Positions 46,312-55,790 of a DNA stretch of 64,000 nucleotides are shown here, piece by piece. The stretch lies in NCBI GenBank assembly GCA_965204725.1, contig OZ242005.1, forward strand, positions 1,600,001 through 1,664,000. The letters run 5' to 3'. Position 1 is the first letter of the stretch. Each line of letters starts with the position of its first letter. Below the pieces are notes generated by a model. That model did no database searches and was not told where the DNA came from. It worked only from the letters and a program-made list of their open reading frames with translations. Source of the DNA: Candidatus Latescibacterota bacterium. Its GTDB lineage: Bacteria > Latescibacterota > UBA2968 > UBA8231. The position numbers and the translations under genes were made by a program.

Positions 46312-47961
46312 ATGAAGGCCCTGAGCCGCCGGCAGTTTTTCGCCGCCCTCGCCGCGGCCGGCGGCTGGGCCGCGTGGAGCGGTTGTGCGGCAGACCAGCG
46401 GCGAGGGCCGATCCCCGGGCGGATCGTCAACGAGGGCACCCCGCATGGGCACTTGCTGCGCGATGTGCATTCTTGGGCCGATTTCGCTGCGGCCGAGGGT
46501 GCGTGTGACATAGCCATTGTCGGCGGGGGGATCTCCGGTTTAGCCGCGGCGTGGAAGTTGCGGCAGGCGGGGGTAGAGCGAATTCGCCTCCTCGACCTTG
46601 ACGACCAGCTCGGGGGCACCAGTCGCAGCGGCCAATGGGGCGACCGGGTCTTTCCTTGGGGCGCTCACTACATCAACATCCCGCCGGCCGAAGCCGACTG
46701 CATCCACGAAATCCTGCAAGACCTAAGCATCATTGACGGGTACGACGCGGCCAACAAGCCGCTGGTCGCCGCCGGGGCGCTGCTGCGCTGGCCGCACGAG
46801 CGGCTCTTCTATCGGGGGGAGTGGGTCGCTGGGCTGGACCCGTTTGTCGGCGCGTCGCCCCGGGAGCGCGAAGCGTTGCTGCGCTTTGAAGACGAGATGC
46901 TCGGCTGGGCCTTGCATCGCGGCCGGGATGGACGCCGGGCCTTTGCCCTGCCTATGCGCTACAGCACGGCCGATGTCCGGGTGCGGCGTTTAGACCAGAT
47001 CAGCATGGCCCAGTACCTCCGCGAAGAGGGATGGCACGACGACCGGCTCCGCTGGTTGGTCGATTACGCCTGCCGCGACGACTACGGCAGCACGGCCGCC
47101 CAAGTCTCGGCGTGGGCCGGGATTCACTACTACGCCTGTAGGTTTTACGACTACCGAGTTGAGGAGGCGTATCCAGCCCACACCCTGACGTGGCCGGAGG
47201 GCAATGGCTACCTAGTTGCAAAACTCGCTAACAGGCTGGGGGAAAACGAGATAAAGCGACAATCGCTAGTGGCGCGTCTAGCGGTGGAGCGGTCGCAGGT
47301 GCGCTTGGGGTACATCGACTTGGCTAGCGGGGAAAAGCGGCAACTGACCGCCCGGGCGGTGGTGTACGCCGGCAAGCTCCACACCGCGCCCTACGCGATT
47401 GTGGGCCTGCCGGATGAACAGGCCGAGGCCATGGCCGCCATTGAGTACAGCCCGTGGTTGGTGGCGGCGATTTTTCTCAAAGAGCCGCTCGCGGCCGGGC
47501 AGACCACTTGGGACAACGTCTTGTACGACAGCCCGTCGCTGGGCTATGTGGTCGCCGATCACCAGCAGGGCGGCGGCCGCGTGTTGATGTACTATTGGCC
47601 CTTTGTCGATCAACTCGCACGCGCCCGGCGCGCCTTGCTCGCGCAGGACCATTCGTTCTGGACGGCCCAGATCCTAGCCGATCTGAGCCGAGTCCACCCG
47701 GAGCTAGAAGACCTCGTAGAGCGCGTCGATCTGTATCGCTGGGGGCACGGGATGATGCGGCCCAGTCCCAAGGCGCTGTGGGGGCCGACGGCCGCTTGGC
47801 GGCAGCAGCCCATGGAGCGGATATTTTTTGCCTCGTGCGATGCGACCGGATTGCCCCTGTGCGAAGAAGCGATGTTTTCCGGTATTCTGGCGGCCGAACA
47901 GGCCATGGACTGTCTCGGTGTAGCGCACTCCTCCTCGTTGGGCGGGCTGGCAAATGCCTAG
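46312..47961 (+). CDS. Tat-exported flavin-dependent amine oxidase
   Basis: SRRQFF twin-arginine motif and WSGC lipobox-like; GGGISGLAAA; WGAHY; RWGHGM. Confidence 0.82.
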   Translation: MKALSRRQFFAALAAAGGWAAWSGCAADQRRGPIPGRIVNEGTPHGHLLRDVHSWADFAAAEGACDIAIVGGGISGLAAAWKLRQAGVERIRLLDLDDQLGGTSRSGQWGDRVFPWGAHYINIPPAEADCIHEILQDLSIIDGYDAANKPLVAAGALLRWPHERLFYRGEWVAGLDPFVGASPREREALLRFEDEMLGWALHRGRDGRRAFALPMRYSTADVRVRRLDQISMAQYLREEGWHDDRLRWLVDYACRDDYGSTAAQVSAWAGIHYYACRFYDYRVEEAYPAHTLTWPEGNGYLVAKLANRLGENEIKRQSLVARLAVERSQVRLGYIDLASGEKRQLTARAVVYAGKLHTAPYAIVGLPDEQAEAMAAIEYSPWLVAAIFLKEPLAAGQTTWDNVLYDSPSLGYVVADHQQGGGRVLMYYWPFVDQLARARRALLAQDHSFWTAQILADLSRVHPELEDLVERVDLYRWGHGMMRPSPKALWGPTAAWRQQPMERIFFASCDATGLPLCEEAMFSGILAAEQAMDCLGVAHSSSLGGLANA

Positions 47962-49474
47962 GCTGGGGTCGCTGTTTTTGCTGGGGGCCATTTTTTCAGC
48001 CGCGGCCTGCGCCATCGTCTATCAGCTGCTCATCGGCAGCGTGTCGTCCTACTTCCTCGGCAACAGCGTTGAGCAGTTTTCCCTGACGATCGGCTTTTTC
48101 CTCGCCGCGATGGGGCTGGGCTCGTGGCTTTCGCGCTTTGTCGCCAACCCCTTGCTCTTGACGCGGCTGGCCCAACTGGAGATTTGGCTGGGGTTTTTGG
48201 GTGGGATTTCGGTCGGCGTGCTCTACGTGCTCTACGGGTACACCGACTCCTTTCGGGCCGGGATGCTAACTTTGAGCACGGCGATTGGCGCGTTGATCGG
48301 CCTCGAAGTGCCGCTGATTACTCGGCTTTTGCGCGGGCAGGGGACGCTGCGGGCGGCGCTGTCGAATGTTTTGTCCCTCGATTATCTGGGGGCCTTGGTG
48401 GCCTCATTGCTCTTCCCGTACGTCTTGTTGCCCTTCCTCGGCAGCCTGCATACGGCGTTGGTCGCCGGCTTGGTCAACGCCGGCCTCGGCCTCGGCGTGG
48501 TGCTCGCGTTTAAGGCCGAGTTGCGAAAGCAGGGCACCTTTCGCCGGCTGGGGGCGCAAGCCCTCGGGGTTATTGCGGCGCTAGGGGCGTTGGCTTGGCA
48601 GGGGGAGGAGCTGCGGGCGCGGTGGGAAAGCGACCTCTACCAAGACCGCATCGTCCACAGCGAGCAATCGGCTTACCAGCAAATCGTCCTGACCCGGCGC
48701 GGCGAACACCTGCGGCTTTATCTCAACGGGCACTTGCAATTCGCCTCCATTGACGAGCACCGCTACCACGAAGCCCTCGTCCATCCGGCCATGGCCCTGA
48801 CGCCCTCCCGCGAACGGGTCCTCATCATCGGGGGAGGCGACGGCCTAACGGCGCGGGAGGTCCTCAAATACGAGGAAGTCGAGCACGTCGATTTAGTCGA
48901 TCTCGACCCGGCGGTAACGCGGTTGGCCCAGCGCAACATTCACCTGACTCGGCTCAACAACAACTCGTTAAATCGCCGCCAAGTCCGCGTGATCAACGAA
49001 GACGGCTTGGTCTTTTTGCAGCGCGAGCACGTGCCGTACAACGCGATACTCATTGACCTGCCCGATCCCCGCGAGGAGAGCTTGGCCAAGCTCTATTCGG
49101 TCGAAGCCTATCGGCTGTGCCGCAAGTTGCTCAGCCCGCACGGCGTCTTGGCGACTCAGGCCTCTAGTCCGTACCACGTCCGCGCGGCGTATTGGAGCAT
49201 TGCCGTCGCCTTGGAGGAAGCGGGCTTTGCCGTCCACTCCTATCACTTGCCCGTGCCCTCTTTTGGCGAGTGGGGGTTCCACTTGGCGGGAAAAGCCGGG
49301 CTGGACCCGACGGCCGTCGCCTTTGCGGTGCCCACGCGCTATCTCGACCGCCAAGTCTGGGCGGCCCTCGCGGTTTTTGACGGCGATATGGCCCGCGTGC
49401 CCGTGCAGGCCAACCGACTTGATAGGCCGGTGCTGGCGCGTTATTATCGACAGCGTTGGGGCACTCAATTTTGA
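47954..49474 (+). CDS. speE: membrane-fused polyamine aminopropyltransferase (spermidine synthase)
   Basis: N-terminal TM domain; SAYQQIVL, LNGHLQF..DE.RYHEALVH, IIGGGDG, IDLPDP, VPSFGEWGF. Confidence 0.92.
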   Translation: MPRLGSLFLLGAIFSAAACAIVYQLLIGSVSSYFLGNSVEQFSLTIGFFLAAMGLGSWLSRFVANPLLLTRLAQLEIWLGFLGGISVGVLYVLYGYTDSFRAGMLTLSTAIGALIGLEVPLITRLLRGQGTLRAALSNVLSLDYLGALVASLLFPYVLLPFLGSLHTALVAGLVNAGLGLGVVLAFKAELRKQGTFRRLGAQALGVIAALGALAWQGEELRARWESDLYQDRIVHSEQSAYQQIVLTRRGEHLRLYLNGHLQFASIDEHRYHEALVHPAMALTPSRERVLIIGGGDGLTAREVLKYEEVEHVDLVDLDPAVTRLAQRNIHLTRLNNNSLNRRQVRVINEDGLVFLQREHVPYNAILIDLPDPREESLAKLYSVEAYRLCRKLLSPHGVLATQASSPYHVRAAYWSIAVALEEAGFAVHSYHLPVPSFGEWGFHLAGKAGLDPTAVAFAVPTRYLDRQVWAALAVFDGDMARVPVQANRLDRPVLARYYRQRWGTQF

Positions 49475-49487
49475 AAGGACATGCTAG

Positions 49488-50042
49488 ATGGGCTTAAGGA
49501 AATGGTTCGGGGGACGCCAAAGCGAAGCCGAGGACGAACCGGCGTATAAGGAGTACTCGCTCAGCACCATGCGAGTCGGGTTCCTAGTTGATTACGACCT
49601 CAGAACTTGGCAAGTCACCGGCCGGGGAAGCTATGACTACGACGGCTATACGACCGAGGAATGGGAATTGCAGGCCGATGGTCAGGTGTGCTTCCTCGAG
49701 CGCGCCTTAGAAGATGGCCAAGCCTATTGGACCCTGACGCGGGCGATTGGCATCGGCGAAATCGAGGGCGACATTGCGGCGGCCATTATCGCCAACGGCG
49801 ACCCCCCGGACGCGGTGCAGTTTGCCGGCGACGAGTACGTGGGGAGCGCGAGCGAGGCCGGCCTGTACCGCAAAGAGGGCGTCGATGCAGAGCGCGAATT
49901 TGTCAATTGGTCGTTTGAAGGCGCAGAAGGCCAGGTGCTTTTTATTAGCCAGTGGGGCGAGCGCGACTTTGCCGCGTACGCGGGCATGGAGGTAGAGGAA
50001 TACCAATTCACCGACATCCTGCCGGTGGAGGAGGAGACTTAA
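49488..50042 (+). CDS. DUF4178-like protein
   Basis: LVDYDLRTWQVTG..YD...EWEL; ISQWGE; typical member of pspA-speE loci. Confidence 0.7.
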   Translation: MGLRKWFGGRQSEAEDEPAYKEYSLSTMRVGFLVDYDLRTWQVTGRGSYDYDGYTTEEWELQADGQVCFLERALEDGQAYWTLTRAIGIGEIEGDIAAAIIANGDPPDAVQFAGDEYVGSASEAGLYRKEGVDAEREFVNWSFEGAEGQVLFISQWGERDFAAYAGMEVEEYQFTDILPVEEET

Positions 50043-50043
50043 A

Positions 50044-50748
50044 ATGGCTTGGCGCGTAGCGGCCTTGGCGCTGTGGGGCCTGATTGCCTGTGGGGCCAAA
50101 GACCCGGTAAAGGAGCTGGTGCGCGACTTAGAGCGCTACCCGGAATACTCCCTGATCGTCGATGATACCCGCATTGACGACAGCTCGTTTTTTCCCGACT
50201 ACGCGCTGCGCTTTCAGGTGCTGACCGCTTCGGGCCAGCGCGTGGCCGGCCGCGACACCATCGTCTATCAGGAGCGGCGCACGGATTGGATGGAAGTCCG
50301 CGAAGAGACCTTCTACCGCTACGACAACTACGTCGGCATGGTCGTAGCCTCCAAGTCGCTCGATGGCCGCCGCACGGGCGCCAAGCAAGCGCACCCCCCC
50401 GGCTATCAATACGTCGGGAACCCCCAGTACGGCTTCTGGGGAGGCGGTGGGTTTTGGCAGTTCTACGGCCAGTACGCGTTGATGCGCGACCTAATGGGCG
50501 GGTGGGGCGTTGGCCGGGGCGATTGGGAGGACTACCGCCGCAATCGGGAGCGAGGCCGGCCGTACTACGGGCCGGTGAAAGGGGGCCGGCCCACCTTTGG
50601 GTCGCGCGGCTCGCAAACCCAAAAGACGCGCCCGCAATTCTACCAACGTCAGCAAAGCCGCCGCCAAGCCTTTAGCGGCCAAGTCAAAAACCGCATGGGC
50701 CGCACCACCTCTGGGTGGGGACGCGGCTCCTCGCGCTTTGGAAAATAG
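50044..50748 (+). CDS. lipoprotein with Gly/Arg/aromatic-rich C-terminal tail
   Basis: Lipobox LIAC; PPGYQYVGNPQYG.W..FWQFYGQYALM; tail rich in R, G, S. Confidence 0.75.
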   Translation: MAWRVAALALWGLIACGAKDPVKELVRDLERYPEYSLIVDDTRIDDSSFFPDYALRFQVLTASGQRVAGRDTIVYQERRTDWMEVREETFYRYDNYVGMVVASKSLDGRRTGAKQAHPPGYQYVGNPQYGFWGGGGFWQFYGQYALMRDLMGGWGVGRGDWEDYRRNRERGRPYYGPVKGGRPTFGSRGSQTQKTRPQFYQRQQSRRQAFSGQVKNRMGRTTSGWGRGSSRFGK

Positions 50749-50758
50749 GGGGAACGCA

Positions 50759-51607
50759 GTGGACAATCTAGTGCTAGTGCAGATGGCCCAGACCGTGGTC
50801 TATCTCTTGGAGGCTTTCGTCCTGCTCTTTATCGCCAAGCAGGTCTATGCCCGGGTTTTTCGGCGGGTCGATCTCAAAGACGAACTCTACGGCCGCAACA
50901 ACCACGCGATGGCCGTTGCGGTGAGCGGGTATTGCTTGGGGATTTGCTTGGCGCTGGGGGGGGCGTTGAGCGGCCCGTCGCTCGGCTGGCAAGCCGATCT
51001 AATCGGCATCGCCCTGTACGGCCTCTTGGCGATTGCCTTGATGCTCGTCGCCGGCGTGCTCTGCGAGCGAGTGCTCCTGCCGCACTTTGACAACCGCAAG
51101 GAAATCGTCGCCGATCAGAATATGGGAACGGCCTTTGTCGAGGCCGGGATGCACATTGCCAATGGCCTGATCGTCTTGGCTATCGTGCAGGGCGAGGGGC
51201 CGCTGTGGAGCGGCGTGGCCTTCTGGCTTTTGGCCCAAGTGGTGCTCGTGGTGGCGGGCCTGCTCTACGAGTGGATCACCCCGCATTCGATCCACCGCGA
51301 ACTAGAGCGCGATAATGCGGCGGTCGGCTTGGCGTTTGGCGGCGTGCTGGTGGGCATGGGCAATATCGTCAGCATCGCCGTGGCTGGCGACTACACAGGG
51401 TGGGTCAGCGGCCTGCAAACCTTTGGCGTGGATGTGGGCTTTGGGTTTGTCGCGCTCTACGCCATCCACAAGCTGACGGATGTGCTTTTGGCCCCCAAGG
51501 TGCGCTTAGGGGCCGAACAGGTCGAGGAGCAGCCGAATGTGGGGGCCGGGCTGATAGAAGCCTTTGGCTACGTGGGCGGCTCGACGCTAATCGTCTGGAT
51601 CTTCTGA
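50759..51607 (+). CDS. double DUF350 membrane protein
   Basis: Repeated EL..NxA/VG units (DELYGRNNHAMAV, EIVADQNMG, ELERDNAAVG, EQPNVGAG); GTG start. Confidence 0.8.
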   Translation: MDNLVLVQMAQTVVYLLEAFVLLFIAKQVYARVFRRVDLKDELYGRNNHAMAVAVSGYCLGICLALGGALSGPSLGWQADLIGIALYGLLAIALMLVAGVLCERVLLPHFDNRKEIVADQNMGTAFVEAGMHIANGLIVLAIVQGEGPLWSGVAFWLLAQVVLVVAGLLYEWITPHSIHRELERDNAAVGLAFGGVLVGMGNIVSIAVAGDYTGWVSGLQTFGVDVGFGFVALYAIHKLTDVLLAPKVRLGAEQVEEQPNVGAGLIEAFGYVGGSTLIVWIF

Positions 51608-51613
51608 ACGGAA

Positions 51614-52627
51614 CTACTCCCGTCGGCTCCGATGCCACTGCCACAGCAGGGTCGGGCCGCCGATAAAGACGTAGGTCAGGGTCGCCAACGCATGGGTTAG
51701 CGTCGCACAGGCCAAAGCCGTGGCGAGCGGCACCGCGTAGAGGCGGTGCATGGCCTCGCCGAAGAGGAGGTGGTACGAGCCGATCGCCCCGGGCGTTGGA
51801 ATGATCACCCCTATGGACGATATGGCCATAACCACCAGCGCGGCGGCCGCGTCGAGATTGTAGGTGTGGTGCAAATCCATGCCGATAAAAGCCGCGTAGA
51901 TAATGAACACGTACGCCGCGTTGAGCAGGATTGAACTGACGAGGATTTCAAAGTATGCGATGGGCTGTTGCCGCAGGGCGGAAAGCCCGCCGATGAAGGT
52001 CTCGAGGATTTGAAGCACTCGCTCGCCGCGCCCCCAAGCGAGCCGCCCGAGCAGCGGTCGCATTCCAGCCAAAATTTTTTCCCGATACACCGATACCAAG
52101 ACCAAGGCACTCAGCGCGACCAAGCAGCCGGCTAGGGCCAATAGGCCGATGGTGTCGCGATCGGCCCCGGCCGGTAGCCACAGCACGGGCAGGGCCATAT
52201 CTATATAGACGATGAGCCAGAACAAGACGATGAGCCAAAACAAATCGAGAATGCGCTCCACTACTATAGTGGCCATCAAGGCGCTGATGCTCGCTCCGGT
52301 GGTCCACTTGAGGCTGACGCACCGCAAAACCTCGCCCGAGCGCGGCACGGCCACATTGGCCGCATAGCATATCGCCAAGGCGAGCGACGCATTGAGGTTG
52401 CTGACTTGCGGCGCAAAGGGCCGCATGAGGACCAGCCAGCGCCAAGCCCGCAATCCCAAGGTCCCCAGCGTCGCAACGCACATGACAGCGGCCCAAACCG
52501 GCGAAATGCCGGTCATGGCATCCCAGAGTTCCCCGCGATTTATCCCCTCAAAGGCCCAATAGATAAAAAGCCCCATCAAGCCTACGCTCAGTCCGTACTG
52601 GAGGGCTTGTTTTAGTAGCTTGGGCAT
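51614..52627 (-). CDS. lysylphosphatidylglycerol synthase TM domain / UPF0104 flippase-like protein
   Basis: RAWRW, N...PRSGEVLR, VERILD, PTPGAIGSYH. Confidence 0.85.
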   Translation of the reverse strand: MPKLLKQALQYGLSVGLMGLFIYWAFEGINRGELWDAMTGISPVWAAVMCVATLGTLGLRAWRWLVLMRPFAPQVSNLNASLALAICYAANVAVPRSGEVLRCVSLKWTTGASISALMATIVVERILDLFWLIVLFWLIVYIDMALPVLWLPAGADRDTIGLLALAGCLVALSALVLVSVYREKILAGMRPLLGRLAWGRGERVLQILETFIGGLSALRQQPIAYFEILVSSILLNAAYVFIIYAAFIGMDLHHTYNLDAAAALVVMAISSIGVIIPTPGAIGSYHLLFGEAMHRLYAVPLATALACATLTHALATLTYVFIGGPTLLWQWHRSRRE

Positions 52628-52682
52628 CGCGCTTGCCAATACAAAACGGGAAATCGGGCGATCAGCGGGCGGGCGGGATAGT

Positions 52683-53303
52683 TCAAGCCGGTATGGGTTG
52701 AATTTTGCCCATGTTCTCTAGTAGGTCGATGATCTGCGAGGCCGCCTCGGCAGGCGTTGAGGTGTCGGTTTTGATGACCAGATCGGGGTTTTCAGGCTCC
52801 TCATAAGGGTCTGAAACGCCGGTAAAATTGGGTATTTCGCCGGCTCGTGCCTTTTGGTAGAGGCCCTTGGGATCGCGCTCCGCGCATGTTTCGACTGGGG
52901 TGCTGACAAAAATTTCGACGAAGTCGCCCGCGGCCATAAGTGCCCGGACCGCATTGCGGTCGGCTCGGTAGGGGCTGACAAAGCTGGCAAAGGTTAGGAA
53001 GCCGCCATCGACAAAGAGCTTTCCCACCTCGCCGACCCGCCGGATGTTTTCTTGCCGGTCCGCAGCAGAAAAGCCCAAATTCTTATTGAGGCCAAAGCGG
53101 ATATTGTCGCCGTCTAGCACATAGGCTAAATGGCCGCGGGCGGCCAAGGCGTGTTCGGTTGTATAAGCAATGGTGCTCTTACCGGAGCTGGGCAAACCCG
53201 TCAGCCAGATCAACACCCCTTGTTGGTGCAACAGGCTTTCGCGTTGCTCGCGGCTGACATGGCCCTCGTGCCGGACGATATTGGTCGCTTTGATAGTGGT
53301 CAA
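52683..53303 (-). CDS. cysC: adenylyl-sulfate kinase
   Basis: WLTGLPSSGKSTIA, LDGDNIR, ENIRRVGEV, RDPKGLY; start trimmed to TTG 53303. Confidence 0.95.
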   Translation of the reverse strand: MTTIKATNIVRHEGHVSREQRESLLHQQGVLIWLTGLPSSGKSTIAYTTEHALAARGHLAYVLDGDNIRFGLNKNLGFSAADRQENIRRVGEVGKLFVDGGFLTFASFVSPYRADRNAVRALMAAGDFVEIFVSTPVETCAERDPKGLYQKARAGEIPNFTGVSDPYEEPENPDLVIKTDTSTPAEAASQIIDLLENMGKIQPIPA

Positions 53304-53332
53304 AAGTTCACCTCGTACGTTTAGAGGATACA

Positions 53333-53452
53333 TTACTACCCGACACCAGCCTCCAGCTTTCCAAGGATCGAGGGCATCTTGCCCTCGTCGAGGGCGGGAC
53401 GCCCTCGATCTCGGATTCATCGGGAGTACCAGAAGCAGGTGTCGTGTACTTA
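53333..53452 (-). mobile_element. family A MITE-like element, complete
   Basis: TTA-CTACCCGACACC...GGTGTCGTGTAC-TTA ends around the REP-like core. Confidence 0.78.
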
Positions 53453-53608
53453 GGAAACTCAAAATAACGACCATACCGCCGCAATTCGTCAAGGAATTGG
53501 CCGCGGCGCGTGCGGGGCTGTTTTATTTGACGATTAGTGGTTTATATATTTATATAAGTAGCAATTCACAGTTACAAGCGCATCTCACTAAGTGGAGGAG
53601 GCAAGGGT

Positions 53609-54553
53609 ATGAAAATTGCAATTAGCATCACTTGCGCGGCCCTGCTGGCAACGGCAAGCGAGGGGGTTGTAAACATTCAGAATGTCGGTTCGGGAGCTCG
53701 TGCCCAAGGGTTGGGCAACAGCTTTGTGGCGGTGGCGGACAATGCGGATGCGGTGTTTGCCAATCCGGCCGGGTTAGGCCAAGTGTCTAACCGTCAGGTT
53801 TCCTATACGAATGTGTCGCTTTTTCTTGTAGGCATTGACGGGGACGATCTGGGGCAGCACGTGGTTTCCTATGCCCAGCCGCTGGGGGACAAGCTGGGGT
53901 TGGGGTTGGGCTATGAGCGGATTGGCTCGTCGCTGATGAGCGAGAATGGGGCGTTTGTGTCGCTGTCGTATCAGGTGCAGCGTCGGCTGCAGGTGGGGGT
54001 GTCGGCGAAGTATTTGTTTTGGAGTGTGGGTGCGATCCCGCCCGATAATGGCCGGGAGGATCCGGTTTCAAATCAGAGCGCGGGCAATGTGGGGTTGGAT
54101 TTGGGTTTGTTGTGGCAGAGTCCGGTGGCTGGGGCGCAGGTGGGGATGTTGTTGAAGAATATCAATCAGCCGAATGTGAAGTGGGGCGAGGTGAAGGATG
54201 CTGCGGGCGTCGTCGACTCGGATGCGGGCGGGTTGCCGATGGATGTGCATGTGGGGGTGGGCTATCGTCTGAGCAGCCAGTCGTTGGTATCGGTTCAGTA
54301 TGTGCGTCGCGATGTGACGGGGGGGGATAGCGCGGAGAATGGGTTGGTGGTTGGGGGGGAGACGCAGTTGTTGGAGGGGTTGGCGTTGCGGGCAGGTGGT
54401 CGTCGTATGTTATCGGAGGATGCGGGTGGGGGGTTGAATGCGGGTTTGGGGTATCAGTGGAACCAGTTGGTGTTCGATTATGCCTATGACATCGGCTTGG
54501 AACTGACCGAGACCAATGGAGCGCATCGATTCTCCTTTGCCTACGAATTCTAA
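53609..54553 (+). CDS. PorV/FadL-like outer-membrane beta-barrel, paralog 1
   Basis: GARAQGLGNSFVAVADNADAVFANPAGL, alternating beta-strands, FDYAY, HRFSFAYEF ending in Phe. Confidence 0.8.
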   Translation: MKIAISITCAALLATASEGVVNIQNVGSGARAQGLGNSFVAVADNADAVFANPAGLGQVSNRQVSYTNVSLFLVGIDGDDLGQHVVSYAQPLGDKLGLGLGYERIGSSLMSENGAFVSLSYQVQRRLQVGVSAKYLFWSVGAIPPDNGREDPVSNQSAGNVGLDLGLLWQSPVAGAQVGMLLKNINQPNVKWGEVKDAAGVVDSDAGGLPMDVHVGVGYRLSSQSLVSVQYVRRDVTGGDSAENGLVVGGETQLLEGLALRAGGRRMLSEDAGGGLNAGLGYQWNQLVFDYAYDIGLELTETNGAHRFSFAYEF

Positions 54554-54575
54554 AGTCTATTCCTTAGGTGAATGC

Positions 54576-54616
54576 AAAAGGGCCAGCCTTCTTTGGGCTG
54601 GCTTTTTTGTTTTTTG
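54576..54616 (+). terminator. rho-independent terminator
   Basis: AAAAGGGCCAGCC-loop-GGCTGGCTTTTTTGTTTTTT. Confidence 0.8.
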
Positions 54617-54629
54617 AGTATAGGAGTCC

Positions 54630-55547
54630 GTGCTCGTGAAAATTGGAATTGGCATCCTCTGCATAGCCGTACTCGCCACTTCGAGTGCCGGATTTGTCAA
54701 CATCAATGTTTTTGATTCCGGCGTTCGGTCTCTAGGACTAGGCAATAGCTTTGTGGCGGTGGCGGACAATGCGGATGCGGTGTTTGCCAATCCGGCGGGG
54801 TTGGGGCAACTGCGGCGGCGGCAGGTGACCTATACGGACGGGGGCATAGACAAGCAGGATCTAGAGCTGGGGCGGTATATGGCATCATTGGGCATGCCAC
54901 TAAATGAAAAGTTGGGGTTGGGGTTGGGCTATGAGCGTCTCGCCTCAGATCAGTTCAGCGAGAACGGGGCGTTTGTGTCGCTGTCGTATCAGGCTGTAAA
55001 GCGGCTGTATGTAGGGGTCTCGGCCAAGTATCTGTTTGCGACCGTTAGCTCAAGGTTCGCCGCCGAGTTCGAGTTAGAGGACCTACCAACGGCATCTTGG
55101 GTAGATGTGGGCTTGTTGTGGCAAAGTCCGTTTCCCGGGGCGCAGATGGGCTTGTTCTTAAAAAACGTGTATCAGACGAGCGGGAGAAAGGAGACCGTGC
55201 CCCAGAGAGAGAGGGAGGTGCATGTAGGGGCTGGATATCGAGTGGGGACGCAGGGGTTGCTGTCCATGCAATATGTGCAATACCGTGGGACAAAGCTACG
55301 TCGTGGGAATCATGGGTGGATGATAGGGGGGGAGTATCACGTGCTAAAGGAGTTGGTTCTTCGGGCGGGGAGGGAGCGCGTGTTCGACCAGCTCGGCCTT
55401 GATGGCAGAAAGAACAGAGCGTGGTTGAGTGTGGGGTTGGGGCTTCGATTGGAGTATCGGGCGGTTGGGCTGTTGTTGGACTATGCCCATAGCAGCAATA
55501 GGGGGATATTATCGCCGCACCGATTTTCTCTTGCCTGTGAATTCTAA
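54630..55547 (+). CDS. PorV/FadL-like outer-membrane beta-barrel, paralog 2
   Basis: Same N-terminal motif as paralog 1; HRFSLACEF. Confidence 0.75.
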   Translation: MLVKIGIGILCIAVLATSSAGFVNINVFDSGVRSLGLGNSFVAVADNADAVFANPAGLGQLRRRQVTYTDGGIDKQDLELGRYMASLGMPLNEKLGLGLGYERLASDQFSENGAFVSLSYQAVKRLYVGVSAKYLFATVSSRFAAEFELEDLPTASWVDVGLLWQSPFPGAQMGLFLKNVYQTSGRKETVPQREREVHVGAGYRVGTQGLLSMQYVQYRGTKLRRGNHGWMIGGEYHVLKELVLRAGRERVFDQLGLDGRKNRAWLSVGLGLRLEYRAVGLLLDYAHSSNRGILSPHRFSLACEF

Positions 55548-55690
55548 GAAGCGGTCTGAAAAGCCACCTTGGGTCGTGTTGAACAAGCCGTTATAGACAG
55601 GATCCGTCATTCCCGCGCAAGCGGGAATCCATCCAGCCGGTATCGTTTAGACGCAAAGGACGACCACCAGAGTTTTCAGATAGCTTCTAA
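55545..55690 (-). mobile_element. family B MITE-like element inserted at a TAA stop codon
   Basis: TAA-GAAGCGGTCTGAAAA...TTTTCAGATAGCTTC-TAA; internal ATTCCC-N8-GGGAAT. Confidence 0.78.
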
Positions 55691-55747
55691 GAGGCTGTCT
55701 GAAAGTTGGCTTGGTCCTTTTTGGATTCCCGCTTTCGCGGGAATGAC
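55688..55747 (+). repeat. second, partial family B-like element in tandem
   Basis: TAAGAGGCTGTCTGAAA end followed by TGGATTCCCGCTTTCGCGGGAATGAC. Confidence 0.65.
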
Positions 55748-55757
55748 CGCTAGAGGA

Positions 55758-55788
55758 GCCGTCCCCGCTTCGGGAGACGGCCTTTTTT
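55758..55788 (+). terminator. terminator hairpin between convergent genes
   Basis: GCCGTCCCCG-CTT-CGGGAGACGGC followed by T6. Confidence 0.7.
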
Positions 55789-55790
55789 GG

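Noticed and set aside
53304-53492. N-terminal extension of CysC (and similar ones on the GT-C, MFS and SLC13 ORFs)
   Set aside because: These frames run through the repeat elements; the same peptide SRASRPRRGQDALDPWKAGG recurs in the spurious ORF 59397-59675.
55545-55705. GCGGTCTGAA/GCTGTCTGAA as Neisseria-type DNA uptake sequences
   Set aside because: Imperfect matches found only at MITE ends, not dispersed.
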